Assembly: GCA_015231405.1 (NCBI GenBank)
Contig: JADGBR010000001.1
Location: forward strand, 155,964 to 219,963
Direction: 5' to 3'
Length of the DNA stretch: 64,000 nucleotides
Source: Candidatus Omnitrophota bacterium
Lineage (GTDB): Bacteria; Omnitrophota; Gorgyraeia; Tantalellales; Tantalellaceae
A program made the translations under genes and the position numbers. This document shows, in pieces, positions 9,304-18,942 of the stretch. Positions within the stretch are counted from its first letter, which is position 1; each line of letters begins with the position of its first letter. The notes below the pieces were generated by a model. It ran no database searches. It was not told the origin of the DNA and saw only the letters and a list, made by a program, of their open reading frames with translations.

Positions 9304-11898
9304 ATGAAAAGCGACAGGTTGACATTAAAAGCGCAGGAAGCGTTGAACGAAGCCATGAACCTGGCTTTAACGCTCGGGCACCAGGAGGTGGATGTTTTGC
9401 ACCTCCTTGAAGCGCTCCTTAAAGACCATGAGGGAGTCGTTCCGTTAATAGCCGAAAAGATCGGCTCTTCAAGAGAGGCGCTTTCCGGTTCATCTCAAAA
9501 AGAACTTTCCAAACTTCCTAAAGTGTACGGAGCCGGTACCGAAGCTTATTTATCCGGCCGTTTGAAATCCATTATAATGAAAGCCGAGGAAGAGGCCAAT
9601 GCCCTTGGCGATGATTATGTCGGCGTCGAGCATTTACTTATGGCGGCTTCTGACGGCGACAAGTGGCCGGGTCATGACATTTTGGCCAGGAACGGTATAA
9701 AGAAGCCCAACATACTCCGGGTATTAAAGGATATTCGGGGAGATCAAAAGATAAAGGACCAGGATCCCGAGGGTAAATACCAGGCGCTGCAAAGATACGG
9801 AAGGGATCTTGTTGAACTGGCTGACAGGGAAAAGATAGATCCCGTAATAGGCAGGGACGAAGAGATCAGGAGGCTCATACATGTCCTTTCACGGAGGACA
9901 AAGAACAATCCCGTTCTTATAGGAGAACCCGGAACGGGAAAGACGGCCGTTGTGGAAGGATTGGCCAGAAGGATATCTTCGGGCGATGTCCCCGGGAGCC
10001 TTAAGAACAAGAGGCTTATAGCGCTCGACATCGGTAGTCTCGTAGCCGGTACGAAATTCAGGGGTGAGTTCGAGGAAAGGCTGAAAGCCATTCTTAATGA
10101 GGTGCGCCGTAAAGCCGGTGAGGTCATTCTTTTTATTGATGAGCTTCATACTCTCGTCGGGGCGGGTTCGGCCGAAGGGTCCATGGACGCCTCGAATATG
10201 CTTAAACCGGCACTAGCGAGAGGGGAGCTTAAATGCATTGGGGCCACGACCCTGGATGAGTATAGGAAATACATAGAGAAAGATAAAGCTCTTGAAAGAA
10301 GGTTCCAGCAGATATTCGTAGGCGAGCCATCGGTAGAGAACACTATCGCTATACTCCGGGGACTTAAGGAGAGATACGAGGTACACCATGGAGTGAGGAT
10401 ATCCGACGAGGCTTTGATAGAGGCGGCAAAACTTTCCGACAGGTACATAACAGGAAGGTTCCTTCCTGATAAAGCCATAGACCTGATAGACGAGGCGGCT
10501 TCAAAACTTCGTATAGAGATCGATTCAATGCCCACCGAAGTCGACCAGAAGGAGAGAAGGATAAAGCAGCTGGAGATAGAGAAACAGGCGCTTCTCAAAG
10601 AACGGACAAAGCCCGAGATAATGGAGAAGCTCGATTCCCTGGAAAAAGAGCTTTTGGCCGGAAGAAGGGACCTCGAAGTCCTCCAGACACACTGGCAAAG
10701 AGAAAAGGACTTGATACAGAAGATACGCGAAGTGAAGGAAAAGATAGACCGTTCTAAAATAGATGAAGCTAACGCCGAAAAGGAAGGGGACCTGGCCGGG
10801 GTTTCCAGGATAAGGTATGGCATTCTGGTAGAGTTGGGAAAAGAGCTTGAGAAACAGACAGAAGAGCTGCGATCTTTTCAGAAATATAAAAAAATGTTGA
10901 ATGAGGAAGTTGAGGAGGAAGACATTGCAAAAATAGTCGGTGAGTGGACAGGTATCCCGGTGTCCAGACTCCTTGAAACTGAACTTGAAAAACTGGTCAA
11001 TATGGAAAAGATCATCAGGGAAAGGGTGGTAGGTCAGGATAAAGCCGTTGATTCGGTGAGTAACGCCGTAAGGCGAGCTAAAAGCGGTCTCTCGGACCCG
11101 GCAAGGCCGATGGGTTCCTTTCTTTTTCTCGGGCCTACCGGGGTAGGAAAGACCCATCTGGCGAAAACCCTCGCTTGGTTCCTGTTCAACGATGAAGAGG
11201 CCATGGTGAGGATAGATATGTCGGAATATATGGAGAAACACTCGGTGTCGCGCCTGATAGGTGCACCACCCGGTTATGTAGGATACGACGAAGGAGGACA
11301 ATTGACCGAAAAGGTCAGGAGGAGGCCTTATAGCGTGGTCCTCTTGGACGAAATTGAGAAGGCTCATCACGATGTTCTCAATATTCTCTTGCAGATACTG
11401 GAAGACGGCCGGTTGACGGACAATCAGGGGCACATAGTTAATTTCAAAAATACGATAGTGATAATGACCTCTAATATAGGAAGTCATCATTTCATGGACC
11501 CTAGCCAGACCGGTAAAGAGCTGGATGACGCCGTAACCGCCGACCTTAAGAGTGCTTTTCGTCCGGAGCTTCTGAACAGGCTGGATGACATCATCGTCTT
11601 CAACAGACTGGATGAAAAAGATATCGTTAAGGTGGCTAAGATAGAGATAGACCGTGTGAGGAGAAGACTGGCCGCGAAGGATATCGATCTCAAGGTATCG
11701 GCTAAGGCTGAAGAGGTCCTGGCAAGAAGGGGTTATAACGCTGAGCTCGGAGCGCGTCCCATGAAAAGACTTATCCGCAAAGAGGTCGAGGATAAAGCAG
11801 CTATAGCGCTCTTGAACGGAACGATAAAGGAACCCGGCACCGTAACGCTGGGATATGACATAAAAAAAGACGAACTGGTCCTGGAAACAAGGAGTTGA
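9304..11898 (+). CDS. clpB: Chaperone/disaggregase ClpB
   Basis: Clp N-domain, two AAA modules ([16 protein letters not shown]), long coiled-coil M-domain, 864 aa. Confidence 0.95.
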   Translation: MKSDRLTLKAQEALNEAMNLALTLGHQEVDVLHLLEALLKDHEGVVPLIAEKIGSSREALSGSSQKELSKLPKVYGAGTEAYLSGRLKSIIMKAEEEANALGDDYVGVEHLLMAASDGDKWPGHDILARNGIKKPNILRVLKDIRGDQKIKDQDPEGKYQALQRYGRDLVELADREKIDPVIGRDEEIRRLIHVLSRRTKNNPVLIGEPGTGKTAVVEGLARRISSGDVPGSLKNKRLIALDIGSLVAGTKFRGEFEERLKAILNEVRRKAGEVILFIDELHTLVGAGSAEGSMDASNMLKPALARGELKCIGATTLDEYRKYIEKDKALERRFQQIFVGEPSVENTIAILRGLKERYEVHHGVRISDEALIEAAKLSDRYITGRFLPDKAIDLIDEAASKLRIEIDSMPTEVDQKERRIKQLEIEKQALLKERTKPEIMEKLDSLEKELLAGRRDLEVLQTHWQREKDLIQKIREVKEKIDRSKIDEANAEKEGDLAGVSRIRYGILVELGKELEKQTEELRSFQKYKKMLNEEVEEEDIAKIVGEWTGIPVSRLLETELEKLVNMEKIIRERVVGQDKAVDSVSNAVRRAKSGLSDPARPMGSFLFLGPTGVGKTHLAKTLAWFLFNDEEAMVRIDMSEYMEKHSVSRLIGAPPGYVGYDEGGQLTEKVRRRPYSVVLLDEIEKAHHDVLNILLQILEDGRLTDNQGHIVNFKNTIVIMTSNIGSHHFMDPSQTGKELDDAVTADLKSAFRPELLNRLDDIIVFNRLDEKDIVKVAKIEIDRVRRRLAAKDIDLKVSAKAEEVLARRGYNAELGARPMKRLIRKEVEDKAAIALLNGTIKEPGTVTLGYDIKKDELVLETRS

Positions 11899-11900
11899 AC

Positions 11901-12530
11901 ATGGCGCACGATTATTACAAGGTATTGGGAGTTAAAGAAGACGCGTCCGACGAGGATGTAAAAAAATCCTATCGTAAACTCGCGTTGAAATATCATCCTG
12001 ACAAAAATCCAGGGAATAAAAAAGCCGAAGAAGAGTTCAAGAAGTTATCCGAAGCCTATTTTACTCTTGGAGACCAGAAAAGACGGTCGGAATATGACCA
12101 GTTAAGGCGCCTGGGAGCGCATACGGATAATTATTCTTCCAGCCACGGCTTTGACCCTTCCGATTTCGCCAGGAATTTCTCTTCCGGCAGGGGTTCCGCG
12201 TCAGGATCGATGTTCGCTGATATATTCGGCGACTTATTCGGCGATATGAGCGGTTCGGGAAAAAAAGGCGGAACGTATTTTTATTCAACAGGCGCGGAGC
12301 CCGACAGGGAGGTCGATTCGGATATCGCCGCTGTTCTTCCTCTCCCAACACGTCTGGCTGAAAAGGGTGGAGAGGCGAATTTCAGACTTTCCGACGGAAA
12401 AAATATCAAGTTGAAGATACCAGCAGGCACCGAGGACGGTAAAAAAATGCGTCTCAGGGGACAGGGCAACGAGTGCCCGTGCTGCCGGCATCGCGGGGAC
12501 TTGATATTGACGATACAACTGAAGAAATGA
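11901..12530 (+). CDS. J-domain co-chaperone (short CbpA/DnaJ class II-like)
   Basis: 'DYYKVLGV', HPD motif, G/F-rich region, single C-terminal domain '[18 protein letters not shown]...GDL'. Confidence 0.9.
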   Translation: MAHDYYKVLGVKEDASDEDVKKSYRKLALKYHPDKNPGNKKAEEEFKKLSEAYFTLGDQKRRSEYDQLRRLGAHTDNYSSSHGFDPSDFARNFSSGRGSASGSMFADIFGDLFGDMSGSGKKGGTYFYSTGAEPDREVDSDIAAVLPLPTRLAEKGGEANFRLSDGKNIKLKIPAGTEDGKKMRLRGQGNECPCCRHRGDLILTIQLKK

Positions 12531-12622
12531 GAGAATAGAGAAGTCAGAATTCAGAATCCAGAAGCCAGAATAATGTTTTCTGGAATTGTCTCTTCTGAAT
12601 TCTGGATACTGACTTCTGGCTT
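12529..12622. repeat. Intergenic heptamer (CAGAAT/CAGAAG) arrays in inverted arrangement
   Basis: gaagtcagaattcagaatccagaagccagaat ... ttctgaattctggatactgacttctggcttc. Confidence 0.8.
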
Positions 12623-12654
12623 CAAGGTTTTCAGTTATTTTTTTGGGAGCATAC

Positions 12655-12954
12655 GTGAATAAGATCGATCTGGTACGGATATTTAAGGCTCTTTCGGACA
12701 GGACAAGGCAGGATATTCTTGAACTTCTTGTCAGCGACGAGATGAACGTAACGGACATATGCGCGTCCTTCAAAACCAGTCAGCCCACGATTTCCCACCA
12801 TCTTCAGATATTGAAGAGCTGCTACCTCGTCGATTCAAGGAAAGACGGGAAAGAGATATATTATTTCGTAAGGGAAGACGTCGTAAGGGACGTTTTCGGC
12901 GCGTTCTTCAAGAAGATGCGGATCGATGTCGTTGCGAAGACAGATCCCATGTAA
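12655..12954 (+). CDS. ArsR/SmtB family transcriptional regulator
   Basis: 'IFKALSDRTRQDILELL', 'SQPTISHHLQIL', 'RKDGKEIYY'. Confidence 0.92.
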   Translation: MNKIDLVRIFKALSDRTRQDILELLVSDEMNVTDICASFKTSQPTISHHLQILKSCYLVDSRKDGKEIYYFVREDVVRDVFGAFFKKMRIDVVAKTDPM

Positions 12955-13076
12955 AAACGTAGGGGCGCCGTTCCACCGCCCTCGTGTCTTTTTCTATATT
13001 GATCCCAATTCAAAATAATATCATTCCCGGATAGATCATATTCTTTTAGGGGCGGGGGGACGGCGCCCCTACGTTT
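12955..13076. repeat. REP doublet (REPIN-like) with GTAG-type REP units in inverted orientation
   Basis: AAAC-GTAGGGGCGCCGTTCCACCGCCC (12955-12981) and an inverted copy GGGCGGGGGGACGGCGCCCCTAC-GTTT (13050-13076), 25/27 matches. Confidence 0.7.
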
Positions 13077-13108
13077 CATTTTAAATTCAACAATGTAATC
13101 ATATCTAT

Positions 13109-13137
13109 TTGACAAGTAAATTTACTTGTTATATACT
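13109..13137 (+). promoter_or_regulatory. Sigma70 promoter with 18-bp perfect palindrome in the spacer
   Basis: TTGACA (13109-13114), 17 nt, TATACT (13132-13137); ACAAGTAAATTTACTTGT at 13112-13129. Confidence 0.8.
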
Positions 13138-13144
13138 TGTATTA

Positions 13145-13312
13145 ATGAAGAAGAATCAATTTAAATTCTACGCTACGGTTTCAGATAGGGGGCAGATATT
13201 CATACCTAAAGCTCTGCAGAGGTATTTTGGTATAAAGAACAGGGATAAGGTGTCATTTGTCGTCGAAAAAGACGGGCATGTAGTATTCGGAAAAAGAAAA
13301 AAGGAGAACTAA
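13145..13312 (+). CDS. AbrB/MazE/SpoVT-type DNA-binding protein
   Basis: 'YATVSDRGQIFIPKALQRYFGIKNRDKVSFVVEKDG' swapped-hairpin signature. Confidence 0.85.
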   Translation: MKKNQFKFYATVSDRGQIFIPKALQRYFGIKNRDKVSFVVEKDGHVVFGKRKKEN

Positions 13313-13313
13313 A

Positions 13314-13484
13314 ATGAAAAAAAAGTATATCCAGAAGTGCGTGATGGATAAAGCAGGACCGCCGGAAATGAAGAAAGTTTTCTTCGCTAAGGGGATCGGG
13401 GATAAAAGGGTTACCGAAATATACAGCAAATATTACCGAGACCAGGTAGCCGCGCTCTATAAAGCCGTGATCGTCGGGAAATAA
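13314..13484 (+). CDS. Small hypothetical protein (56 aa, MKKKYIQKCVMDKAGPP...KAVIVGK)
   Basis: Not in ORF track. AAGGAG SD at 13301-13306; ATG 1 nt after the AbrB stop. Confidence 0.55.
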   Translation: MKKKYIQKCVMDKAGPPEMKKVFFAKGIGDKRVTEIYSKYYRDQVAALYKAVIVGK

Positions 13485-13513
13485 TAACCCAGGTCAAAAT
13501 AAAAGGAGGAGAA

Positions 13514-13774
13514 TTGAAATATAGAACTGTTATCGAAATAATATGCGAGGCGGATAATAAAGATGAGGCCTGTTTTCTGGCAGGCGAGTATCTTCGGGGG
13601 AAGTTAGACGAAGGAGAGATAATTACCGCGAAAGCTTTCCCATTGAGAGGTTTTAACGCGTTGAAATATGGTTTCTTTAGCATGGTCCTAATGATAGTGT
13701 TCTCTGCCCTGGTATTATGCGTAACTCCGATCGAGGGTAAAGATAGGAACAATAGGTCAACATTATTGAAATAG
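13514..13774 (+). CDS. Small hypothetical protein with C-terminal TM segment
   Basis: AAGGAGGAG SD with TTG start; hydrophobic 'FFSMVLMIVFSALVLCV'. Confidence 0.65.
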   Translation: MKYRTVIEIICEADNKDEACFLAGEYLRGKLDEGEIITAKAFPLRGFNALKYGFFSMVLMIVFSALVLCVTPIEGKDRNNRSTLLK

Positions 13775-13913
13775 CATTATAGCGGGAAGTTCAGGATATA
13801 TCCCGGCAACAAATTCATTCTCTCCGTAAATCCTTCCAATTATTTAAGAACTATGATAATATTTCGAAAAGCATTTCGTATCCTTTTGAAGCCCTTTGAG
13901 CGCTTACAATCCA

Positions 13914-14420
13914 ATGAATATTTTGATAATAGACGGATATAATGCAATTTACGCTATAGCCCCGGCGAGGGAAAAGCTCCGGGTAGGACTTAAGCAGGCG
14001 CGTGATTATATTTTGTCTCTATGCGGGGAATTTGTTCGCTCAAGCGGTTTTATAGATGATTTCAGGGTTGTTTTTGACGGTGATGACAGATACAGGGACA
14101 TCGAAAAGCTGATAGGACGCCTTTCCGAAAAGACAGTTTTTTCCCGTAAAGGCGAAGGCGATAATAAGATAATCCATATGATCCGGGAATGTTCAGGGAA
14201 AAATAAAGTTATAGTGGCGTCAAACGATAATTATGTCAGGAATAACGCGAGGGCATACGGCGCTAAATTAATAGACCCACGGGATATGCTCAAGGTTGCA
14301 AAGGGTGACCATATTTCTTGTGATGGATGTGAAAAGACGTTTGACAGGAACCTCATGGCCAGGATAACCAAAGAGTATATCAAGGAATTAAATGACCATA
14401 ATAATGGAAAAGAAGGATAA
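13914..14420 (+). CDS. YacP/Rae1-like NYN domain ribonuclease
   Basis: 'ILIIDGYNAI', 'VVFDG', 'GDNKI', 'VASND'. Confidence 0.82.
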   Translation: MNILIIDGYNAIYAIAPAREKLRVGLKQARDYILSLCGEFVRSSGFIDDFRVVFDGDDRYRDIEKLIGRLSEKTVFSRKGEGDNKIIHMIRECSGKNKVIVASNDNYVRNNARAYGAKLIDPRDMLKVAKGDHISCDGCEKTFDRNLMARITKEYIKELNDHNNGKEG

Positions 14421-15420
14421 GGCCATCGGCCCTTTGAAGTCGATTATCGACGCAAAGACCTTCCTGGCGCCTCTGGCTGGCGTTTCAGATTTACCTTTCA
14501 GGATAATGGCGAGGAAATACGGCTGCGTGTTCGCTTTCACGGAGATGATAGACGTGAACGGGGTCTACTACGGCAATATGAAAACGCTTGATATGATAAG
14601 GACAAGGGAAGATCACGAAGGTCTTGGCGTTCAGATAGTCGGAGAGGACGCGGGAAAAATATTGAACGCCGCGGAGATATGCCAGGGTGAGGGTTTTTCC
14701 CTGGTTGATATCAACGCGGGATGTCCGGCCAGGAAGGTCGTTAGCGCTGGTAAAGGATCTGCCCTTCTTAAAGAACCGCTAAAATTGGCTTCGATCCTTA
14801 GATTGCTGAGAAAAAAGATCCATATCACGCTCACTCTTAAGATCAGGAGCGGCTGGGACGAAGCCAACATAAATTGTATAGAGATCTCAAGGATCGCGGA
14901 AGCTGAGGGGGTAAACGCCGTCACAGTGCATCCGCGTACGCAAAAACAGGCGTTCAAAGGCAAGCCCGATCATGACCTGACGAGAATGGTTAAGGAAGCG
15001 GTCGCAATACCGGTATTTGCCAGCGGGAACGTCTTCAGCCCGGAAGACGCGAAAACGATACTAACTCATACGGGATGCGACGCAGTGGCTATCGCCCGCG
15101 GTTCTTTCGGGAGACCGTGGATATTCAGCGATACTAGATCGTTCCTCGAGTCCGGTACTTACGGGTCCGCATTATCCCTTCAAGGACTAAAGAAAGTCAT
15201 TGAGGAACATTTTGAGATAGCCCTCGGATCTTTTGACAGGAAAAGGCTATTTTCCAGGATGTATAAACATATAACGTGGTACCTGAAGGGTTTTAAGGGG
15301 CTCGACCCCGTGATGCGCAGATATACCGGGATAAAAGACCTGGAAGGGTTAAAAATAATGCTTGTAGAATTGGAAGTTGATGAACGGAATAAGCTTTATT
15401 TTAAGGAGCGCAATGGCTGA
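14392..15420 (+). CDS. dusB: tRNA-dihydrouridine synthase (DusB-like)
   Basis: 'LAPLAGVSDLPFR', 'DINAGCPARKV', 'GSALL', 'KIRSGW', 'VTVHPRT', 'ARGSFGRPWIF'. Confidence 0.9.
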   Translation: MTIIMEKKDKAIGPLKSIIDAKTFLAPLAGVSDLPFRIMARKYGCVFAFTEMIDVNGVYYGNMKTLDMIRTREDHEGLGVQIVGEDAGKILNAAEICQGEGFSLVDINAGCPARKVVSAGKGSALLKEPLKLASILRLLRKKIHITLTLKIRSGWDEANINCIEISRIAEAEGVNAVTVHPRTQKQAFKGKPDHDLTRMVKEAVAIPVFASGNVFSPEDAKTILTHTGCDAVAIARGSFGRPWIFSDTRSFLESGTYGSALSLQGLKKVIEEHFEIALGSFDRKRLFSRMYKHITWYLKGFKGLDPVMRRYTGIKDLEGLKIMLVELEVDERNKLYFKERNG

Positions 15421-16003
15421 AATAGTCCTGGCTTCATCTTCGAAACGGCGTTCCGAGATACTCTCGGCATGCGGGATAGCTCACAGAGTTCACCCCAGCG
15501 GGTCAGAAGAGATATCCGGAGAAGCTGGCGATATAACGAGGATAGTAATATGGAACGCCGAAAAAAAAGCCGAAAAAGTGGCCGGGCTCTTTCCTTGTGA
15601 GATCATCATAGGCGCAGACACGCTTGTAGTCGCCGGCGATAACTTGATAGGTAAACCATCTTCGGAAGAAGAGGCGAAGGATATTTTGAGGGGTTTTTCT
15701 GGCGGTTCGATCGAAGTCCATACTGGATTATGCGTTATCGACGCTTCTCTTGGGAAAAAAACACTGGGTTCGGATATCAGCAGGGTCAGGGTTGAAAAGA
15801 TCGGCAAGCATGAGGTCGAGAGATTGTTTTCCCTGTTGGGTCCTTATGATAAGGCAGGCGGGTTCAGCATAGAAGGCGTCGGCTCGATGATATTCGATAA
15901 TATCGAGGGTTCGTATTTTAACGTCCTGGGCCTCCCGATGATAAAATTACGGGAGCTTTTCGCCGTTATAGGTCTGGATATCCTTGATCATGTGAAAATA
16001 TGA
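15413..16003 (+). CDS. maf: Maf family nucleotide pyrophosphatase
   Basis: 'IVLASSSKRR', 'IGADTLV', 'GKP', 'DKAGGFSIEG', 'GSYFNVLGLP'. Confidence 0.93.
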   Translation: MAEIVLASSSKRRSEILSACGIAHRVHPSGSEEISGEAGDITRIVIWNAEKKAEKVAGLFPCEIIIGADTLVVAGDNLIGKPSSEEEAKDILRGFSGGSIEVHTGLCVIDASLGKKTLGSDISRVRVEKIGKHEVERLFSLLGPYDKAGGFSIEGVGSMIFDNIEGSYFNVLGLPMIKLRELFAVIGLDILDHVKI

Positions 16004-17061
16004 AACGCAACTACGTTATCCCTTTCTTTATTCCCCATAAAGGTTGCCCCGAGAGGTGTGTATTTTGCGACCAGGAGAGGATCTCGGGCGCTAGTCCTGA
16101 CGAAGGGCTCGATATCGAAAGCACGGTTGAAAAATATCTTTTAACTATACCCCGGTATGAAACAGACGTGGAGATAGGCTTCTTCGGCGGTACTTTTACA
16201 TCCCTTCCGTTCGAGGAACAGCGGCAATACCTGGAAAAAGCCGAGCCGTTCATAAGGGAGGGAAAGATCGGCGGGATACGGATATCCACCCGTCCGGATT
16301 CGATAGATGATGCCAAGCTGCTTTTTCTGAAAGGATATTCAGTTAAGACGATAGAGCTTGGGGTCCAGTCCATGAGGGACAGGGTCCTTTCCGCGGTAAA
16401 AAGAGGGTACGATGAAAAGGAAGTGGTCCTGGCCTCCGGCCTTGTGATCCGGCATGGATTTGTTCTTGGGCATCAGATGATGGTCGGTCTTCCCCAAAGT
16501 TTGCGGGAGGACGAATATTACACCGCCAGGAAGGCCGTTGAACTCGGCGCGAGCGAGGCGCGGATATATCCGACCGTCGTAATAAGGGGCACGGAGCTCG
16601 CTTCCTGGTGGCAAAAAGGGGAGTACACCCCTTTGACCGAGGATGCCGCTTTATCAGTTTGCGCGGATCTCATACTTTATTTTGAGCTTAATGACGTGAA
16701 GGTCCTCCGGTGCGGGCTGCATCCTTCGGATGGATTGACAAAAGGTAATGAGCTTTTGGCAGGCCCTTTTCATGAGGCTTTCAGACAAAAAGTGGAAAGC
16801 CGGATCTTTGGTAAAGTATTGGACATGCTTTTGCCCGACGGATGCATTGATAAAATCCATATCAACCCCCTTGATGAGGCGGCGTTCTTCGGATTTCGGG
16901 GCGAGAACACCGTAAAATTGACGATAAGGGGTTTGGACGTCAGGAAGTGCGTTGTAAGGGACCTAGGAATTGAGCGCGGCGGGGTGTTTGTCGCGACGCA
17001 CGGGGATAAGATGCTTTTGTCCAGGAAGATGATAGCGAAAAGCATATTCGGAAATATATGA
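16000..17061 (+). CDS. Radical SAM protein (ELP3/YhcC-like)
   Basis: CPERCVFC motif, 'FFGGTFT', 'ISTRPD', 'IELGVQS', 'RIYPTVVIRGT'. Confidence 0.88.
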   Translation: MKRNYVIPFFIPHKGCPERCVFCDQERISGASPDEGLDIESTVEKYLLTIPRYETDVEIGFFGGTFTSLPFEEQRQYLEKAEPFIREGKIGGIRISTRPDSIDDAKLLFLKGYSVKTIELGVQSMRDRVLSAVKRGYDEKEVVLASGLVIRHGFVLGHQMMVGLPQSLREDEYYTARKAVELGASEARIYPTVVIRGTELASWWQKGEYTPLTEDAALSVCADLILYFELNDVKVLRCGLHPSDGLTKGNELLAGPFHEAFRQKVESRIFGKVLDMLLPDGCIDKIHINPLDEAAFFGFRGENTVKLTIRGLDVRKCVVRDLGIERGGVFVATHGDKMLLSRKMIAKSIFGNI

Positions 17062-17789
17062 TCATCATTCATGATTCGCGGCTCCCAGTGAAATATACCG
17101 ACGGTCTATCCGGTCTTTTTCCCGGCAGCCTACTCATCCCGCTGGACATGTCAGGGAAAAGCGGTGTCTACGAGTCAATAATATCGCATCCGGATATATA
17201 TTTTTTTCAGCCGGACGAAAGAACCCTCGTCCACTCCCCGAATATGAGAAAGGATGTTCTGGACAATTTATGCGAACTCGGGATTAAATTGATACCTGGC
17301 GAGGTTTCCCCTTCAGGGAATTATCCCGGGACGGTCTTATACAACGCGGTGAGGATAGGCCGGTTTGTGGTTGGGAATTTTGAATATCTTGATAACGCGG
17401 TAAAAGAAGTTATCCGCGAAATGGGATTATCGCCTGTCGATGTCGCACAGGGATATTCGAGGTGTTCGGTACTTCCGTTGAACGATAATTGCGCGATCAC
17501 CTCGGACAAAGGGATCTCACGTGAACTGGAGAAGAACGGGGTCGATACCCTCCATATTTCTCACGGGCATATAGTGCTTCCCGGGGAGGAGAGAGGGTTC
17601 ATTGGCGGTTCTGGTGGAAGGACTCCGGACGGATCAGTTGCCGTTCTCGGGGATGTCGTTTTTCATCCTGACACGCAGAGAATAAGAGAGTTTACCTTAA
17701 GGAAAAATATTAATTTTCTTGATTTAGCCGGTTGCCCATTGTATGATGCTGGAAGTATCATATTCTTGAAATTCAAGGAGCGGAAATGA
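17058..17789 (+). CDS. Conserved hypothetical protein (DUF6873-like)
   Basis: 'SHPDI', 'YPGTVLYNA', 'VAQGYSRCS', 'ITSDKGI', 'GFIGGSGG'; family assignment from memory. Confidence 0.6.
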   Translation: MIIIHDSRLPVKYTDGLSGLFPGSLLIPLDMSGKSGVYESIISHPDIYFFQPDERTLVHSPNMRKDVLDNLCELGIKLIPGEVSPSGNYPGTVLYNAVRIGRFVVGNFEYLDNAVKEVIREMGLSPVDVAQGYSRCSVLPLNDNCAITSDKGISRELEKNGVDTLHISHGHIVLPGEERGFIGGSGGRTPDGSVAVLGDVVFHPDTQRIREFTLRKNINFLDLAGCPLYDAGSIIFLKFKERK

Positions 17790-18127
17790 AAGTTACGATA
17801 GATAACAAAGAAAGTGTCGTTATTTGCCATATCGACGGCGAGATCAATATCGGAACTACCGAAGAGTTGAAAAAGCCATTCCAGCAGATAGTAGATTCCA
17901 GACCTAAAAAGGTTATCCTCGATTTTAAGCGCGTAGGGTATATCGACTCTCTGGGGATGGCCACTGTTATAGGTTTTCTCAAAGAACTTCAGAAGATAGG
18001 GGCTCTCCTGGGAGTCACCGAACTTGACCCGAAGATATATTCAATATTCAAAATAACGAAGGTCGACAAAGTCCTTAAGATATTCAATTCCCAGGAAGAT
18101 GCGATAAAGGGCCTCTCTCATGGATAA
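17786..18127 (+). CDS. STAS-domain anti-sigma-factor antagonist
   Basis: 'IDGEINI', 'VILDFKRVGYIDSLGMA' with the phosphorylatable Ser. Confidence 0.9.
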   Translation: MKVTIDNKESVVICHIDGEINIGTTEELKKPFQQIVDSRPKKVILDFKRVGYIDSLGMATVIGFLKELQKIGALLGVTELDPKIYSIFKITKVDKVLKIFNSQEDAIKGLSHG

Positions 18128-18836
18128 TAAAAGCAAGTATTTCGAGTACGAGAAGATGATAAAAAAAGCCTACGAAGACCTGAAAAGGGCCTACCAGGAG
18201 GTCAAGGAATCTTATACTGAAATGATTTTCAGGCTTGCTCTTGTGGCGGAGTTCAAGGATGACTCGACCGGTACTCACCTTGTCAGGATCGCGGATTTTT
18301 CCACTGAGATCGCACGCGGGATGGACCTCGGCGAAAAGGATATAGACATGCTTAAATACGCCAGCCCCATGCACGATATAGGGAAACTGGTCGTTCCTGA
18401 CGCTATAATAAAGAAACCCTCCGGGTTAACTCCCGAAGAGCGCGAAGTGATAAAACAGCATACTACTATGGGAGCCGATATCTTCCAGGGCAGCCACTCG
18501 CCGCTTCTGATAGCGGCCAAGGATATTGCCTTGACCCACCATGAAAGGTATGACGGCACAGGTTATCCAAACGGGATGAAGGGGGAAGATATCCCTATAT
18601 ACGGCAGGATAGTGGCACTTGCCGATGTCTTTGACGCCCTGACATCCGTTCGCCCTTATAAAGCCGCTTTTGACTTTGATGAGGCTGTAGCCCTCATTAA
18701 AGATCAGACAGGCAAGCATTTTGATCCAAAAGTTGTCGACGCCTTTATTGCCAGACTGGATAACATCAGAAGGATGTGGCAGGCTTCAAAGGACGTTGAA
18801 GCTTTCATTTCAGAGAAAGAACTGAATACCCCCTAG
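18120..18836 (+). CDS. HD-GYP domain phosphodiesterase
   Basis: 'MHDIGK', 'HHERYDGTGYP', 'ADVFDALTSVRPYK'. Confidence 0.93.
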   Translation: MDNKSKYFEYEKMIKKAYEDLKRAYQEVKESYTEMIFRLALVAEFKDDSTGTHLVRIADFSTEIARGMDLGEKDIDMLKYASPMHDIGKLVVPDAIIKKPSGLTPEEREVIKQHTTMGADIFQGSHSPLLIAAKDIALTHHERYDGTGYPNGMKGEDIPIYGRIVALADVFDALTSVRPYKAAFDFDEAVALIKDQTGKHFDPKVVDAFIARLDNIRRMWQASKDVEAFISEKELNTP

Positions 18837-18907
18837 TCGATATCCTCTGATCTAAAAACAACAGAAATCAATACTTAGCCCTTAAGTTGATAAAAAGCGA
18901 AAAATAG

Positions 18908-18936
18908 TTGACAAAACAGCAAATATTTTTTACAAT
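18908..18936 (+). promoter_or_regulatory. Sigma70 promoter of ECF sigma gene (predicted leaderless)
   Basis: TTGACA (18908-18913), 17 nt, TACAAT (18931-18936), then ATG 6 nt later with no SD. Confidence 0.8.
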
Positions 18937-18942
18937 TAGAGT

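Noticed and set aside
5998-11490. Long antisense ORFs (e.g. 5998-7119, 10525-11490; also 21547-22527, 25865-26863, 63269-63973)
   Set aside because: They lie opposite well-supported genes and have no recognisable motifs; they are shadow ORFs from codon bias.
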